Assembly (NCBI GenBank): GCA_963792415.1
Contig: CAWBVY010000001.1
Location: 32,001-96,000 of the forward strand
Length of the DNA: 64,000 bases
From: Candidatus Deferrimicrobiaceae bacterium
GTDB taxonomy: Bacteria; Desulfobacterota; Deferrimicrobia; Deferrimicrobiales; Deferrimicrobiaceae
Direction of reading: 5' to 3'
Below, piece after piece: positions 23,181 through 34,576 of this stretch. The notes below the pieces were generated by a model that worked only from the letters and a program-made list of their open reading frames with translations, was not told the DNA's origin and did no database searches. Position 1 is the first letter of the stretch, and each line of letters starts with the position of its first letter. A program made the translations under genes and the position numbers.

Positions 23181-23201
23181 CCAGACGAATTTCCTGCCGG
23201 C

Positions 23202-23525
23202 CTATTCCAACGCCTTTTCGAGCGTCGTCAGGAGGTTCCGGCTCCTCCGGTCCACCTGTGTCTTCAGGTCTTCCCTTTCCCTCCGCAACGCCTCGATCTG
23301 ATCCCTTTTCTCCTTGAACCGCTCCTCGAACATCAGGACCTCGTCGGCAAGTTCCATCGCCGCGAGCATGATGATGTTCAGGTAGTTCGAGGTGCCGCCC
23401 TGCTTCTGGATCTCCCGGACCCGTCCGTTCAGCGTCTCGGCCAGGCGCGCCATGTGCTCCTCCGACCGGTCGGTCCGGACGGTCAGGGCGTACCCTGCGA
23501 TGTTGACGTCGATCCGGTTCTCCAT
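23202..23525 (-). CDS. zapA: Cell division protein ZapA
   Basis: IDVNIAGYAL, IMLAAMELADE, C-terminal coiled coil. Confidence 0.9.
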   Translation of the reverse strand: MENRIDVNIAGYALTVRTDRSEEHMARLAETLNGRVREIQKQGGTSNYLNIIMLAAMELADEVLMFEERFKEKRDQIEALRREREDLKTQVDRRSRNLLTTLEKALE

Positions 23526-23556
23526 CTTCTTGCCTTCTTATTATACCGCCTCGTCC

Positions 23557-23781
23557 CTATAACTCAATGGTGTCCAGCCGGGAGAGGATCTTGTCCACCC
23601 GGTCCTTCACGTCGACGCGCTCCCGCGTCAGGTCGGCCAGCTTCCGGGTCAGCTCCTTCACCTCCCCGTCCTTCCGCGCGAGCTCTGCCGCAAAGGTTTC
23701 CTTCTCCTTCTTCAGCGCGGTCACGACCTGCACCAGGTCGGCGATCTTCTTCTCTATCAGCGCGAACGACTCATCGCCCAT
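23557..23781 (-). CDS. zapB: ZapB-like coiled-coil protein
   Basis: 74-aa coiled coil (IEKKIADL...VKDRVDKILSRL) upstream of zapA. Confidence 0.75.
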   Translation of the reverse strand: MGDESFALIEKKIADLVQVVTALKKEKETFAAELARKDGEVKELTRKLADLTRERVDVKDRVDKILSRLDTIEL

Positions 23782-23876
23782 CTTCGGTCTCTCCCGTGGG
23801 TAGTCGGACTCCGTTTATGAAACGTAGTTTGCAGGATATCCCGTAATACACCCGGATTCAATTGCGAATGTCGGCT

Positions 23877-23941
23877 GTGCCCCCCGTTCTTCCTACAGTG
23901 GGGGTACCCCAGGGAGCGCAATATATCCGGGAGTGGGGCAC
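23877..23941 (+). repeat. Dispersed 65-bp intergenic repeat, copy 2
   Basis: 54/65 identical to 39092-39156 by hand alignment, ungapped. Confidence 0.85.
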
Positions 23942-23961
23942 CGCCTCGGAGGGGGACTGCA

Positions 23962-24897
23962 TCAGAACAGCGCCTCGGCGAAGTCCCGGGCGTCGAACGA
24001 GCGCAGGTCCCCGGCCTTTTCACCGACGCCGATGTAACGGATCGGGGCGGCGATCTCCCGCGTCACGGAAAGAACGACTCCCCCCTTCGCCGTCCCGTCG
24101 AGCTTGGTGAGCGCAAGCCCCGTCACTCCGGTGAATTCCTCGAACGTCTTCGCCTGCGCGACGGCGTTGCGCCCGCTGGTCGCGTCGAGGACGAGCAGAA
24201 CTTCGTGGGGAGCGCCGGGGATCTCCTTTCCGATCACCCGGACGACCTTTCGCACCTCTTCCATCAGGTGGGACTTCGTGTGAAGCCGCCCCGCGGTGTC
24301 GACGAGGACCACGTGCGTCCCCCTGGCCTTCGCCGCGCGCACGGCGTCGAACGCGACGGCCGAGGAGTCCGCCCCTTCCTTGTGGCGGACGATGTCCGCC
24401 CCGGTGCGTTCGGCCCACACGGCGAGCTGCTCGATCGCCGCGGCCCGGAAGGTGTCCGCCGCCGCGAGGAGGACGGTGCGCCCCTCCGCCCGGAGTCCGC
24501 TCGCCACCTTTCCGATCGTGGTGGTCTTTCCAACGCCGTTCACGCCGACGACGAGGACGACGAACGGGTACGGCGGAACCACCTTCAACGGGATCATGCG
24601 GGGGGCGAGGGTGTCCGCCACCATCCCCCGCAGGCGGGCCCGGAGCGCGTCCGTGTCCGGAAGTTCCCCCCGTCGCCACGCGGCGCGCAGCGCATCGACA
24701 TATTCCCTCGAAAGTCCGGCCCCCACGTCGGCAAGGATCAACCCCTCCTCGAGCTGGTCGAGGACGTTCCCGTCGACGGGCCCGATCCCGCGCGCGATCG
24801 CTTCGACGTTCATGAAGAGGAGTTCCCGTGTCTTGGCCAGGCCGGCCTTCAACCGCGAGAACATGCCGCCGCCGGGGGTGTCGCTCTGTTCGCTCAA
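23962..24897 (-). CDS. ftsY: SRP receptor FtsY
   Basis: GVNGVGKTTT, DTFRAAA, DTAGR, TKLDGTAKGG. Confidence 0.98.
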   Translation of the reverse strand: MSEQSDTPGGGMFSRLKAGLAKTRELLFMNVEAIARGIGPVDGNVLDQLEEGLILADVGAGLSREYVDALRAAWRRGELPDTDALRARLRGMVADTLAPRMIPLKVVPPYPFVVLVVGVNGVGKTTTIGKVASGLRAEGRTVLLAAADTFRAAAIEQLAVWAERTGADIVRHKEGADSSAVAFDAVRAAKARGTHVVLVDTAGRLHTKSHLMEEVRKVVRVIGKEIPGAPHEVLLVLDATSGRNAVAQAKTFEEFTGVTGLALTKLDGTAKGGVVLSVTREIAAPIRYIGVGEKAGDLRSFDARDFAEALF

Positions 24898-24925
24898 GGG
24901 GAGGTTCCGGGAGCGGGACGGTGCA

Positions 24926-27900
24926 CTAGTTGTTCAATTTCACGGAGACGGTGCGGGAGATGCCGTGCTTTTCCATCGTGATCCCGTACAGGACGTCGGC
25001 CAGCTCCATCGTCCGCTTGTTGTGCGTGACGAGGAGGTACTGGTACCGTTGCGACATCTCGCGCACCAGGGCGTTGAACCGGTCGACGTTGGCGTCGTCC
25101 AGCGGAGCATCGACCTCGTCGAGCAGGCAGAAGGGGGACGGCTTGACCAGGAAGATGGAGAAGATGAGGCTGATCGCGGTGAGCGCCTTCTCCCCGCCGG
25201 AGAGGCTGCCAAGGGGGAGCGATTTCTTTCCGGGGGGCTGCACGAAGATGCCGACTCCCGACTCGAGGAGGTTTTCCTCGTCGACGAGGCGGAGCGCCGC
25301 GCGCCCCCCCTGGAACAGCCGGGGGAACACCTCGCCGAACTTCGCGTTGATCTCCTCGAACGCCTTCGAGAACCGCTCCCGGGTCGTCCGGTTGATCCGC
25401 TGGATCGCCTTCGCCAGGTCTTCGAGGGATTTTTCGAGATCCTCCTTCTGGGAGGACAGGAAGGAGAACCGCTCCGTCAGTTCCCTGTGCTCCTCGAGGG
25501 AGGCGAGGTTGACCTCCCCCATCGAAGCCATCCGTTCGCGGAGCTCCTCGGCGCGGGACTCGAGAACGGAAAGCTCCCCTCCCGCGGTCTCTTCCCCGTC
25601 CGCGGTCCCGACCGACGGCAGATCCGGCAGGTGGATCTCGTACCGTTGATGGAGGAGCGCGTCGAGCCCGGCGATGTCCATCTCGAAACGCTGGAGCCGC
25701 AGACGTTCCGCAGCCTGTCTCTCGACGAGCTCCGCCTCCCGGCCGCGGGCCTCGCGAAGGGCCGTCTCGATCTCCGAAAGGCGGGAGACGCATTCCGCGA
25801 GCTCCGCTACCTGCGCGTCGATCCGCTCCTGCAGCGCAGCGAGGGCGCCCCCCCCCTCCTCTATCGCCTCCCGGGCCGTCCGCATCGCCTCTTCGAGGGA
25901 GGCCGCCTCCCCTTCCTGGTCGGCCTTCCGACGGAGGCGCTCGATCCGCTGTCGCCGCTTCCCCTCGGCCTGATCCGCAAGCGCTGCGCGCAGGTCCGCG
26001 GCGGCGCGCTCCTTCTCCTCGAGACCCCGGAAGGCGACTTCGGCGGCGTGGGCGCGCTCCCGGACCTCCTCGGCGCGCACCCGTTTCGCCTCCGTTTCGG
26101 ACAGGAGCGTCCGGGTCCGCGTCTCCTCTTCGCCGCGGGCGTTCTCGGACTCGCGGGCCGTCGCGAGCGAGGCCGTGAGCTCCTCGGTCATGCGGGCCAG
26201 CTCGCCGCGCAGGTAAGCCTCTTCCCGGGTGCGGCCGTCGAGCAGGGCGACTGCCTGCGCGCGGGTCTCGGAAAGGACCGCCCGGGAGCGCTCCGCCGCC
26301 GCGTGCGCGGAGCGGGCTTCCTCCCGTCCGCGAAAGAACGTCGCGAGGCGCTCCTCGAGCGACGCGCGCTCCCTCCGGATCTCCTCCTCCGCCTTCGATC
26401 GGCGGTCCAGCTCCAGGCGCAATCCTTCGATTTCCTTCTCAAGACCGCGGATCTCCCGCTTCCGGGCGAGGACCCCGGCCTCCCCCGTCCCCTGCTCTCC
26501 CCCGATCAGGATCCCGTCGGCGGTCACCACGTCGCCGTCGAGGGTCACGTAGGAGTTCCAGACGCCGTTGCGGTTCCACAGCCGGAGCGCGGTGTCGAGG
26601 GTGCGGACCAGGAGCGTTCCCCCGAGCAGTCCCCGGAGCAGTTCGCGGCACTCCGGGGGGACCGATACGATGTCGGTGAGGGGCCCGACGACGCCCTCCT
26701 CCCCGATGTAGGCCAGTTCCTCGTTCCGGGTCCGAAGATCCACCGGGATGAACGCTCCCCGCCCCTCCCTGGACTCCTTGAGATAGTGGATCGCGGAGAG
26801 TCCTTCGGCGTGGTCGCGGACGACCACCGATTGCATCCGCTCGCCGAGGACCGCCTCGACCGCCTTCTCGTAGGCGGCATCGGTCTCGATCATCTCGCCC
26901 ATCACGCCGAAGATCCCGCGATCGTCCGCATCGGCGGCCTCGGCCTCCCGGAAGTGCTGTAGAACGGCCCGAACCCCGGAGGAGGCCCAGTCCATCCGCT
27001 CCCTGAGGCCGGAAAGGGTAGCCCGTCGCGATTCGGCGGACCGGAGTTCGCTCTCGGCGCTCCGAGCCGCCTCGACCGATTCGTCGAGCATCGTGTTCGC
27101 GGCGGAGAGGGCAGCCCCCGTGCTCGCCCAGGACCGTTCCGCGACCTCGAGGGCCTCCCGCGCGGCGGTCTCGGCGGCGGACGCCGCGTCGAGGTCGCGC
27201 GACGCCTTTTCCGCAGCGGCGACGGCCTCTTCGACCCGGTCCGAAAGACGGGCCATGGACCGTTCCCCCTCCGCGATCCGCTGCGTCAACGCTTCGACGC
27301 CGGACCGGGCGTCGGAGTGCTGGGACACGCGCACGATCAGATCGGACTTGGCGCGCTCGACCTCTCCCTGGGCAAGACGGTGCTCTTCGCGCGCCGCCGC
27401 CAACGAGGCGTTTTCCGTCTCCCAACAGGCCCGGGCCAGGGAAAGCTCCTCCCCCCTCCGCGCGGCTTCCCCGTCCGCCTCCGCGATCCGCGCGTCGAGC
27501 GCCTTGATCTCCGATTCGAGGGAGCCGATCTCCACTTCCGCTTCCAGAACCATCCGGCGGAGCTGTTCCGCCTGACCGCGAAGCCCGTCCCACTCCGCCT
27601 CGCGGCGCGCCGCTTCCTCCTTCCGCCGGGCGTGCTCGTCCCGCAGATCGGACAGGAGCCGTTCCCGCTCCGCGAGCGTCACCCGCACCTCTTCGCGCCC
27701 GACGTCCATCCGCGCCAGACCGGAACGCGCGGAGAGAAGCGCGTCTTCGATGCCTTCCAACGCCTCCCGCGCCGAGTCCAACGCGAGGGTCATCTCGAGA
27801 CGCTTCCGGAAGGCGACGCGAAGATCGAGGTCCTTCAGTTCCGAGCGGAGCGCCTTGTACCGCTCCGCCTTCCGGACCTGCCGCTCGAGCGCCCCGATCT

Positions 27901-28510
27901 GTCGCCGGACCTCCTCGAGGATGTCCTTCACGCGGGCGAGGTTCTGGCGGGTGCTCTCCATCTTCCGCTCGGCCTCTTTCCTCCGGACCCGGAACTTGGC
28001 GACCCCCGCGGCCTCCTCGATGATCATGCGCATCTCGTCCGGCCGGGCATCGACGATCTCGCCGACCTTCCCCTGGGCGACGATGGCGTATCCCCGGGCG
28101 CCGGCGCCCGTGTCGAGGAACAGCTCGGCGATGTCCTTCAGGCGGCACGGGACCTTGTTGATGGAGAATTCGCTCTCGCCGTCCCGGAAGGTCCGGCGCG
28201 TGATCGCGATCTCGGCGTACGATTCGTACCCGGGAGGGGCGTTCCCGTCGTCGTTCACGAAGGTGAGGGTTACCTCGGCCATCCCCAGGGGACCGGCGGC
28301 ATCCGAGCCGGCGAAGATGACGTCTTCGAGCGCCTTGCTGCGAAGATAGGAGGGGGCGTGCTCGCCGAGGACCCAACGGATGGCGTCGACGATGTTCGAC
28401 TTGCCGCATCCGTTCGGGCCGACGATCGCCGTGACCCCGGCGGAAAAATCAAACGCCGTCTTGTCGTAGAAAGACTTGAAGCCGATCAATTCGAGTTTTT
28501 TCAGTTTCAT
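24926..28510 (-). CDS. smc: Chromosome segregation protein SMC
   Basis: GFKSF, Walker [10 protein letters not shown], long coiled coils, hinge Gx6Gx3[18 protein letters not shown]. Confidence 0.97.
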   Translation of the reverse strand: MKLKKLELIGFKSFYDKTAFDFSAGVTAIVGPNGCGKSNIVDAIRWVLGEHAPSYLRSKALEDVIFAGSDAAGPLGMAEVTLTFVNDDGNAPPGYESYAEIAITRRTFRDGESEFSINKVPCRLKDIAELFLDTGAGARGYAIVAQGKVGEIVDARPDEMRMIIEEAAGVAKFRVRRKEAERKMESTRQNLARVKDILEEVRRQIGALERQVRKAERYKALRSELKDLDLRVAFRKRLEMTLALDSAREALEGIEDALLSARSGLARMDVGREEVRVTLAERERLLSDLRDEHARRKEEAARREAEWDGLRGQAEQLRRMVLEAEVEIGSLESEIKALDARIAEADGEAARRGEELSLARACWETENASLAAAREEHRLAQGEVERAKSDLIVRVSQHSDARSGVEALTQRIAEGERSMARLSDRVEEAVAAAEKASRDLDAASAAETAAREALEVAERSWASTGAALSAANTMLDESVEAARSAESELRSAESRRATLSGLRERMDWASSGVRAVLQHFREAEAADADDRGIFGVMGEMIETDAAYEKAVEAVLGERMQSVVVRDHAEGLSAIHYLKESREGRGAFIPVDLRTRNEELAYIGEEGVVGPLTDIVSVPPECRELLRGLLGGTLLVRTLDTALRLWNRNGVWNSYVTLDGDVVTADGILIGGEQGTGEAGVLARKREIRGLEKEIEGLRLELDRRSKAEEEIRRERASLEERLATFFRGREEARSAHAAAERSRAVLSETRAQAVALLDGRTREEAYLRGELARMTEELTASLATARESENARGEEETRTRTLLSETEAKRVRAEEVRERAHAAEVAFRGLEEKERAAADLRAALADQAEGKRRQRIERLRRKADQEGEAASLEEAMRTAREAIEEGGGALAALQERIDAQVAELAECVSRLSEIETALREARGREAELVERQAAERLRLQRFEMDIAGLDALLHQRYEIHLPDLPSVGTADGEETAGGELSVLESRAEELRERMASMGEVNLASLEEHRELTERFSFLSSQKEDLEKSLEDLAKAIQRINRTTRERFSKAFEEINAKFGEVFPRLFQGGRAALRLVDEENLLESGVGIFVQPPGKKSLPLGSLSGGEKALTAISLIFSIFLVKPSPFCLLDEVDAPLDDANVDRFNALVREMSQRYQYLLVTHNKRTMELADVLYGITMEKHGISRTVSVKLNN

Positions 28511-28548
28511 CGGTACCCCATGCCCGATGCGGCACTGCACCGGGCAAA

Positions 28549-28596
28549 CCTCTATATGCTGTGGGCGCATACTCCGCCAATCGCAATATATGGTGT
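28549..28596. promoter_or_regulatory. Tandem NrdR-box-like sites overlapping the smc promoter
   Basis: TCGCAATATATGGTGT (28581) and CCTCTATATGCTGTGG (28549), 32 bp apart. A TTTACA-N17-TATATT promoter overlaps the first. Confidence 0.55.
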
Positions 28597-28616
28597 TTTC
28601 CGGGCGATGTAAAGGT

Positions 28617-28650
28617 AAAAAAAAACGGCGACCCGGAGGTGGCCGCCGTC
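28617..28650 (-). terminator. Intrinsic terminator after ppdK
   Basis: ACGGCGGCC-loop-GGTCGCCGT followed by a long T run. Confidence 0.8.
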
Positions 28651-28671
28651 AGGAATCCTTTCTGTTTACGA

Positions 28672-31434
28672 TTACTTCTTCCCGGCCTTCCCCGGCTTCT
28701 TCTCCCTGAGAACCGCCTGGGCCGCCGCGAGGCGCGCGACGGGAACCAGATACGGAGAACAGGAGACGTAGTCGAGCCCGATGCCGTGGAAGAATTCGAC
28801 CGACTTCGGATCGCCTGCGTGCTCCCCGCAGATCCCGACCTTGAGGGTCGGACGTGTGGAACGCCCTTTCTCGACGGCCATCCGCACGAGCTGCCCGACC
28901 CCGCGCTGGTCCAAGGTCGCGAAGACGTCGGCTTCGAGGATATTCTCCGCCCGTTTCTTTTGGGTCACCTTGCACACGGCGCAGGAGACGTCCTTCTCGA
29001 GCTTCGTGCCGCACTGCGAGCAAAGCTCCGAACGGTTCATGTAGTGCTGGATGAACTTTCCGGAGTCGTCCCGGGAGAACCCGAACGTCGTCTGGGTGAG
29101 GTCGTTCGTGCCGAAGGAGAAGAACTCGGCCTCGGTCGCGATCTCGTCCGCCGTCATCGCGGCGCGCGGCAACTCGATCATCGTCCCCACGGTGTAGGGG
29201 AACTTCCTCTTGTGGCGTCGCATCGTCTCTTCCGCCACGGCGACGACGATCTCCTTCTGCGCCCTCATCTCCCCCACCATGCTGACCAGAGGGATCATCA
29301 CCTCGGGCTGGACACGGGTCCCGTCTCGTGCGACGTCGCACGCCGCCTCGAAGATCGCGCGCGCCTGCATCCGGGTGATCTCCGGGTAGTAGATCCCGAG
29401 CCGGCAACCGCGAAGACCGAGCATCGGGTTGAACTCGTGAAGCTCCTCGACCCTCTCCAGGAGGCGCTTCTTCTCCTCGATGATGGAGCGGTCCGCGTGG
29501 ATCAGCTGGAGCTTGGTCACCTCGACCATCAACGCCTCCCGCTTGGGGAGGAACTCGTGGAGGGGGGGATCCAGCAGACGGATGGTCACGGGATACCCCT
29601 TCATTTCCCGGTACAGCCCCTTGAAATCGTCCCGCTGCATCGGGAGCAGCTTCGACAGGGCCGCCTCGCGGTCCTCCCGGGTGCGGGCGAGAATCATCTC
29701 CTGCATGATCGGGAGGCGGTTCTCGGCGAAGAACATGTGTTCCGTGCGGCACAGCCCGATCCCCTCGGCCCCAAAGCCGCGCGCGACCCGGGCATCCCGC
29801 TGCGTGTCCGCGTTGGCGCGAACCTTGAGCCGGCGCACGGCGTCCGCCCAGGACATGAAGACCGTGAACGCGCCGGTCATCGCCGGCGCGATCAGCGGCG
29901 CCTTCCCCAGGATCACCTCGCCGGTGACGCCGTTCAGCGAGATGAAGTCTCCCTCCCGGACGACTTTTCCCCCCACCATGAACCGGTTCGTGGTTTCGTC
30001 GACGTCGATGGTGTCGCACCCGGCGACGCACGTCTTCCCCATCTGGCGGGCGACGACCGCCGCGTGGGACGTCATCCCCCCCTTCGCGGTGAGGATCCCC
30101 CGGGCCACGCCCATCCCGTGGATGTCGTCGGGACTCGTCTCCTTCCGGACCAGGACCACGTCCTTCCCCTCGGTGGCCCACTCCACCGCCCTGTCGGAGT
30201 GAAAAACCGCCACGCCGGTCGCGGCGCCGGGGGAGGCCGGGAGCCCCCTTGCGATGACGTCGAGCCTGGCCTTCGGGTCGATCACCGGGTGCAGCAGCTG
30301 ATGGATCTGGCGGGGCTCGAGGCGCAGGAGCGCCTCCTCCTTCGTGATCAGCTTCTCCTTGACCATGTCCGCGGCGATCTTTACGGCCGCGGCCGGGGTC
30401 CGCTTCCCGTTCCGCGTCTGGAGCATGTACAAGGTTTTTTTCTCGATGGTGAACTCGAAATCCTGGAGGTCCCTGTAATGCTTCTCCAGCTTCGCGGTGA
30501 TCCGCATCAACTGGTCGAAGACCTTCGGGAAGTCCTTCTTCATGTCGCGGATCGGGCGCGGGGTGCGGGTACCGGCGACGACGTCCTCGCCCTGCGCGTT
30601 GACGAGGTACTCACCGTAATACTCCCTGGCGCCCGTGGCCGGGTTTCGCGTGAAGCCGACGCCGGTGGCGCAATCGTCGCCCATGTTTCCGAACACCATC
30701 GCCTGGACGTTCACCGCCGTGCCGATGTCGTCCGGAATCCCGTTCGTCTTCCGGTAATATTTCGCCCGGTCGTTGTTCCACGATCGGAACACGGCGTCCC
30801 GCGCCAGTTCCAGCTGGATCCGCGGATCCTGCGGGAACTCCTTCCTCAAGCTCCTTTTCACGAGCGCCTTGAACTCCCCGCACACGTTCATGAGGTCTTC
30901 GGCGGCCAGGTCGACGTCGTAGGCGACGCCGCGCTCCTGCTTCTTTTCGGCGATGATCTGTTCGAAACCGCTCTTGGGGAGATCGAGCACCGCGTCGGAA
31001 AACATCATCAGGAAGCGGCAGTAGGAATCGTACGCGAACCGGGGGTCGCTGGACTTCCTCGCAAGCCCTTCCACCGTCTTGTCGTTCAGCCCGAGGTTGA
31101 GGACCGTTTCCATCATGCCCGGCGTGGGGAACTTCGCCCCCGACCGGACGGAGACGAGCAGCGGGTTTTTCGGATCGCCGAGCTTCCTGCCGATCGCACG
31201 CTCGAGTTTCGCGAGGTTCGTGGCGATCTCCGCCTTGAGATCCTGGGGAAGTTTTCCGCGATTCCTGTAATACAGGCTGCACGCCTCGGTGCCGATGGTA
31301 AACCCCGGAGGAACCGGCATGCCGAGGTTCGTCATCTCGGCGAGCCCCGCTCCTTTCCCGCCGAGGACGTCCTCCATCGCGCCGTTCCCTTCGGCTTTCC
31401 CCCCCCCGAAGAAGAAGATCCGTTTCACCGCCAT
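28672..31434 (-). CDS. ppdK: Pyruvate, phosphate dikinase
   Basis: LGGKGAGLAEM, PLLVSVRSGA, phospho-His motif GGMTSHAAVVAR, GTNDLTQ, ICGEH. Confidence 0.98.
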   Translation of the reverse strand: MAVKRIFFFGGGKAEGNGAMEDVLGGKGAGLAEMTNLGMPVPPGFTIGTEACSLYYRNRGKLPQDLKAEIATNLAKLERAIGRKLGDPKNPLLVSVRSGAKFPTPGMMETVLNLGLNDKTVEGLARKSSDPRFAYDSYCRFLMMFSDAVLDLPKSGFEQIIAEKKQERGVAYDVDLAAEDLMNVCGEFKALVKRSLRKEFPQDPRIQLELARDAVFRSWNNDRAKYYRKTNGIPDDIGTAVNVQAMVFGNMGDDCATGVGFTRNPATGAREYYGEYLVNAQGEDVVAGTRTPRPIRDMKKDFPKVFDQLMRITAKLEKHYRDLQDFEFTIEKKTLYMLQTRNGKRTPAAAVKIAADMVKEKLITKEEALLRLEPRQIHQLLHPVIDPKARLDVIARGLPASPGAATGVAVFHSDRAVEWATEGKDVVLVRKETSPDDIHGMGVARGILTAKGGMTSHAAVVARQMGKTCVAGCDTIDVDETTNRFMVGGKVVREGDFISLNGVTGEVILGKAPLIAPAMTGAFTVFMSWADAVRRLKVRANADTQRDARVARGFGAEGIGLCRTEHMFFAENRLPIMQEMILARTREDREAALSKLLPMQRDDFKGLYREMKGYPVTIRLLDPPLHEFLPKREALMVEVTKLQLIHADRSIIEEKKRLLERVEELHEFNPMLGLRGCRLGIYYPEITRMQARAIFEAACDVARDGTRVQPEVMIPLVSMVGEMRAQKEIVVAVAEETMRRHKRKFPYTVGTMIELPRAAMTADEIATEAEFFSFGTNDLTQTTFGFSRDDSGKFIQHYMNRSELCSQCGTKLEKDVSCAVCKVTQKKRAENILEADVFATLDQRGVGQLVRMAVEKGRSTRPTLKVGICGEHAGDPKSVEFFHGIGLDYVSCSPYLVPVARLAAAQAVLREKKPGKAGKK

Positions 31435-31449
31435 TCGCCGCTCCTCCGA

Positions 31450-33540
31450 TCACCCTGGTTTCGATTGCCCGGGAGACGCCACCTTCGAAAAATCCGCCAC
31501 CGACGCGAAAACCGCCGACAGCCCCTTCAGGAGGGCGAGCCGGTTGTTCCGGACCGATTCGTCCTTCGCCATCACGAGCACTTTTTCGAAGAAGGCGGCC
31601 ACCAGCGGCTGGAGCCCCGCCATTTCGCGGAACGCCTCGCCGTACCGCCCGTCTCGGGCCGCCGCCACGACGCGGCCCGAGACATCGGCCGCTGCCGCGT
31701 GGAGTGCCCGCTCTTCGTCGTGTTCGAAGAACTTCTCCGAGACCGCGAGGGGACCGTCGTACGCCTTGGTGATGTTGATCGCGCGCTTGAAGACCTCCGC
31801 GAGGGGATCGAACGCCGCGTCCCCCCGGAAGGCGACCAGCGCATCGAGCTTCGCCCGAAGGTCCACCACGTCCGTGAGCCCCGGAGCCAGGACCGCCTCG
31901 ACGAGGTCGGCCGGCGCCCCCTGGGAAACCAGGAGGTTCAGGTAGCGCGCGACGATGAATTCGAGGACCTTCTTCCGCACCTCGGCGGCCGGCAAGGTGA
32001 GCTTCGGCGCGAGGGTCGCGAGGGACCGGTCCACCAGATCCGCGATCGGGATCCTGAGCCCCCGCGATTCGAGGATGGTGAGGATCCCCAGCGTGTGACG
32101 CCGGAGGCCGTAAGGGTCCGCGGTTCCGGTAGGGATGAGGCCCACTCCGAAGCAGCCGCACACCATGTCGATCTTGTCGGCGATCGCCGTCGCGGCCCCC
32201 ACGTCCGTGGACGGAAGGTCGTCGGACTGTCCCTTCGGCAGATAGTGCTCGAACACGGACTGCGCGATCTCGGCCGACTCGCCGGTCTTCGAAGCGTAGT
32301 GCCGACCCATCACCCCCTGCAGCTCCGGAAACTCCTTGATGACGCCGGTCGTCAGGTCGGCCTTGCTGAGGAACGCCGCGCGGCGGCAATCCTCCGCCTT
32401 CTCGGGGAAACCGAAGGAGGCGACGAACTCCCCGATATCGGCCATCCGCTCGACTTTTTCCCAGTACGTTCCCATGTCCGCCTGGAAAAGGACTTTCTTC
32501 AGCGCCTCGGAGCGGGCGAACAGGGGCTTCTTCAGGTCGTCCCCGTAGTAAAACTCGGCATCGGAGAGCCGGGCCCGGAGGACCCGCTCGTTCCCGGCGA
32601 CGACCACCGACTCGTCGGGAACGATCATGTTCGAAACGAAGGCGAACCCCGGGAACAGGTCTCCCTTCGCATCCTCGAAGACGAAATATTTCTGGTTGTT
32701 CCTCATCGAGGTGACGAGAACCTCCCTGGGAAGCGAGAGGTACTTCTCCTCGAACCGCCCCACCATGACGACGGGGTATTCCACGAGGTTCGCCACGGTC
32801 TCGACGAGCGGTTCGTCCTCCACCCACGTCATGCCGATTCGCTTTTCGGCCTCCCGGATCCCCTGGCGGATCCTCCCCTTCCGGTCTTCGAGGTCCACGA
32901 GCACCCGCGCCTTCGCAAGCATTCCGGGATACGCCTCGGTCGACGGGAGCTCGATGGCCGCGGGGGCGAGGAACCGGTGCCCGAAGGTCGTCCGCCCCGC
33001 GGCGACGTTGCCGAACGAAAACGGCAGGACCTCGTCCCCGTACAGCGAGACGATCCAATGGACCGGGCGGGCGAACCGCACGTCGAGGTCGGCCCACCGC
33101 ATGGACTTCTTGAACGGAATCGCGGGGAGGAAGTCGGCGACGATCTTCGGAAGGATCTCCTGGACCGGGCGGGCCGCCTCCTCGCGAACGAAGCCGAGGT
33201 AGTCGCCGCGATCGGTCGGAAACACGGTAAGTCCGGAGACGTCGATCCCCTGGGACTTCGCGAATCCAAGGGCCGCCTTCGTCGGCTTGCCGGCGGCATC
33301 GAGCCCCACGCTCTTCGGCGGGCCCATCACGGTCTCTTTCGACGCCGCCTGACGGTCCTCGAGGTCGCGGATAACGTACGTAAGCCGCCGCGGGGTGCCG
33401 TAGATGTCGACCTTCCGGAAGGAGAGGCGGGCCTTTTTCAGCGTCCCCTCGAACTGCTGGCTTCCGAACCAGAGCGCGGGGCCGACGAATCCCGCCGGGA
33501 TTTCCTCGCAGCCGATCTCGAGCAGGTAGTCACGTTCCAT
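31450..33540 (-). CDS. glyS: Glycine--tRNA ligase beta subunit
   Basis: LLEIGCEEIP, TPRRL, EFPELQG, DPYGLRR, NNRLALL. Confidence 0.97.
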   Translation of the reverse strand: MERDYLLEIGCEEIPAGFVGPALWFGSQQFEGTLKKARLSFRKVDIYGTPRRLTYVIRDLEDRQAASKETVMGPPKSVGLDAAGKPTKAALGFAKSQGIDVSGLTVFPTDRGDYLGFVREEAARPVQEILPKIVADFLPAIPFKKSMRWADLDVRFARPVHWIVSLYGDEVLPFSFGNVAAGRTTFGHRFLAPAAIELPSTEAYPGMLAKARVLVDLEDRKGRIRQGIREAEKRIGMTWVEDEPLVETVANLVEYPVVMVGRFEEKYLSLPREVLVTSMRNNQKYFVFEDAKGDLFPGFAFVSNMIVPDESVVVAGNERVLRARLSDAEFYYGDDLKKPLFARSEALKKVLFQADMGTYWEKVERMADIGEFVASFGFPEKAEDCRRAAFLSKADLTTGVIKEFPELQGVMGRHYASKTGESAEIAQSVFEHYLPKGQSDDLPSTDVGAATAIADKIDMVCGCFGVGLIPTGTADPYGLRRHTLGILTILESRGLRIPIADLVDRSLATLAPKLTLPAAEVRKKVLEFIVARYLNLLVSQGAPADLVEAVLAPGLTDVVDLRAKLDALVAFRGDAAFDPLAEVFKRAINITKAYDGPLAVSEKFFEHDEERALHAAAADVSGRVVAAARDGRYGEAFREMAGLQPLVAAFFEKVLVMAKDESVRNNRLALLKGLSAVFASVADFSKVASPGQSKPG

Positions 33541-33598
33541 CGGAATTCCTCTTCGCGGGTGGTTTCTTTGCGGGCCGTTTCATGAACAGGCCACCGAC

Positions 33599-34477
<879 letters not shown>

Positions 34478-34576
34478 CGTTCCCTCCCGGTGAAAGTGAT
34501 AGGGATAGTTATCATCCGGCGGGAGGGGTTGTCAAGCCAAATCATTGAAAAATTGAGGGGTTATAGCACTCGAAGG

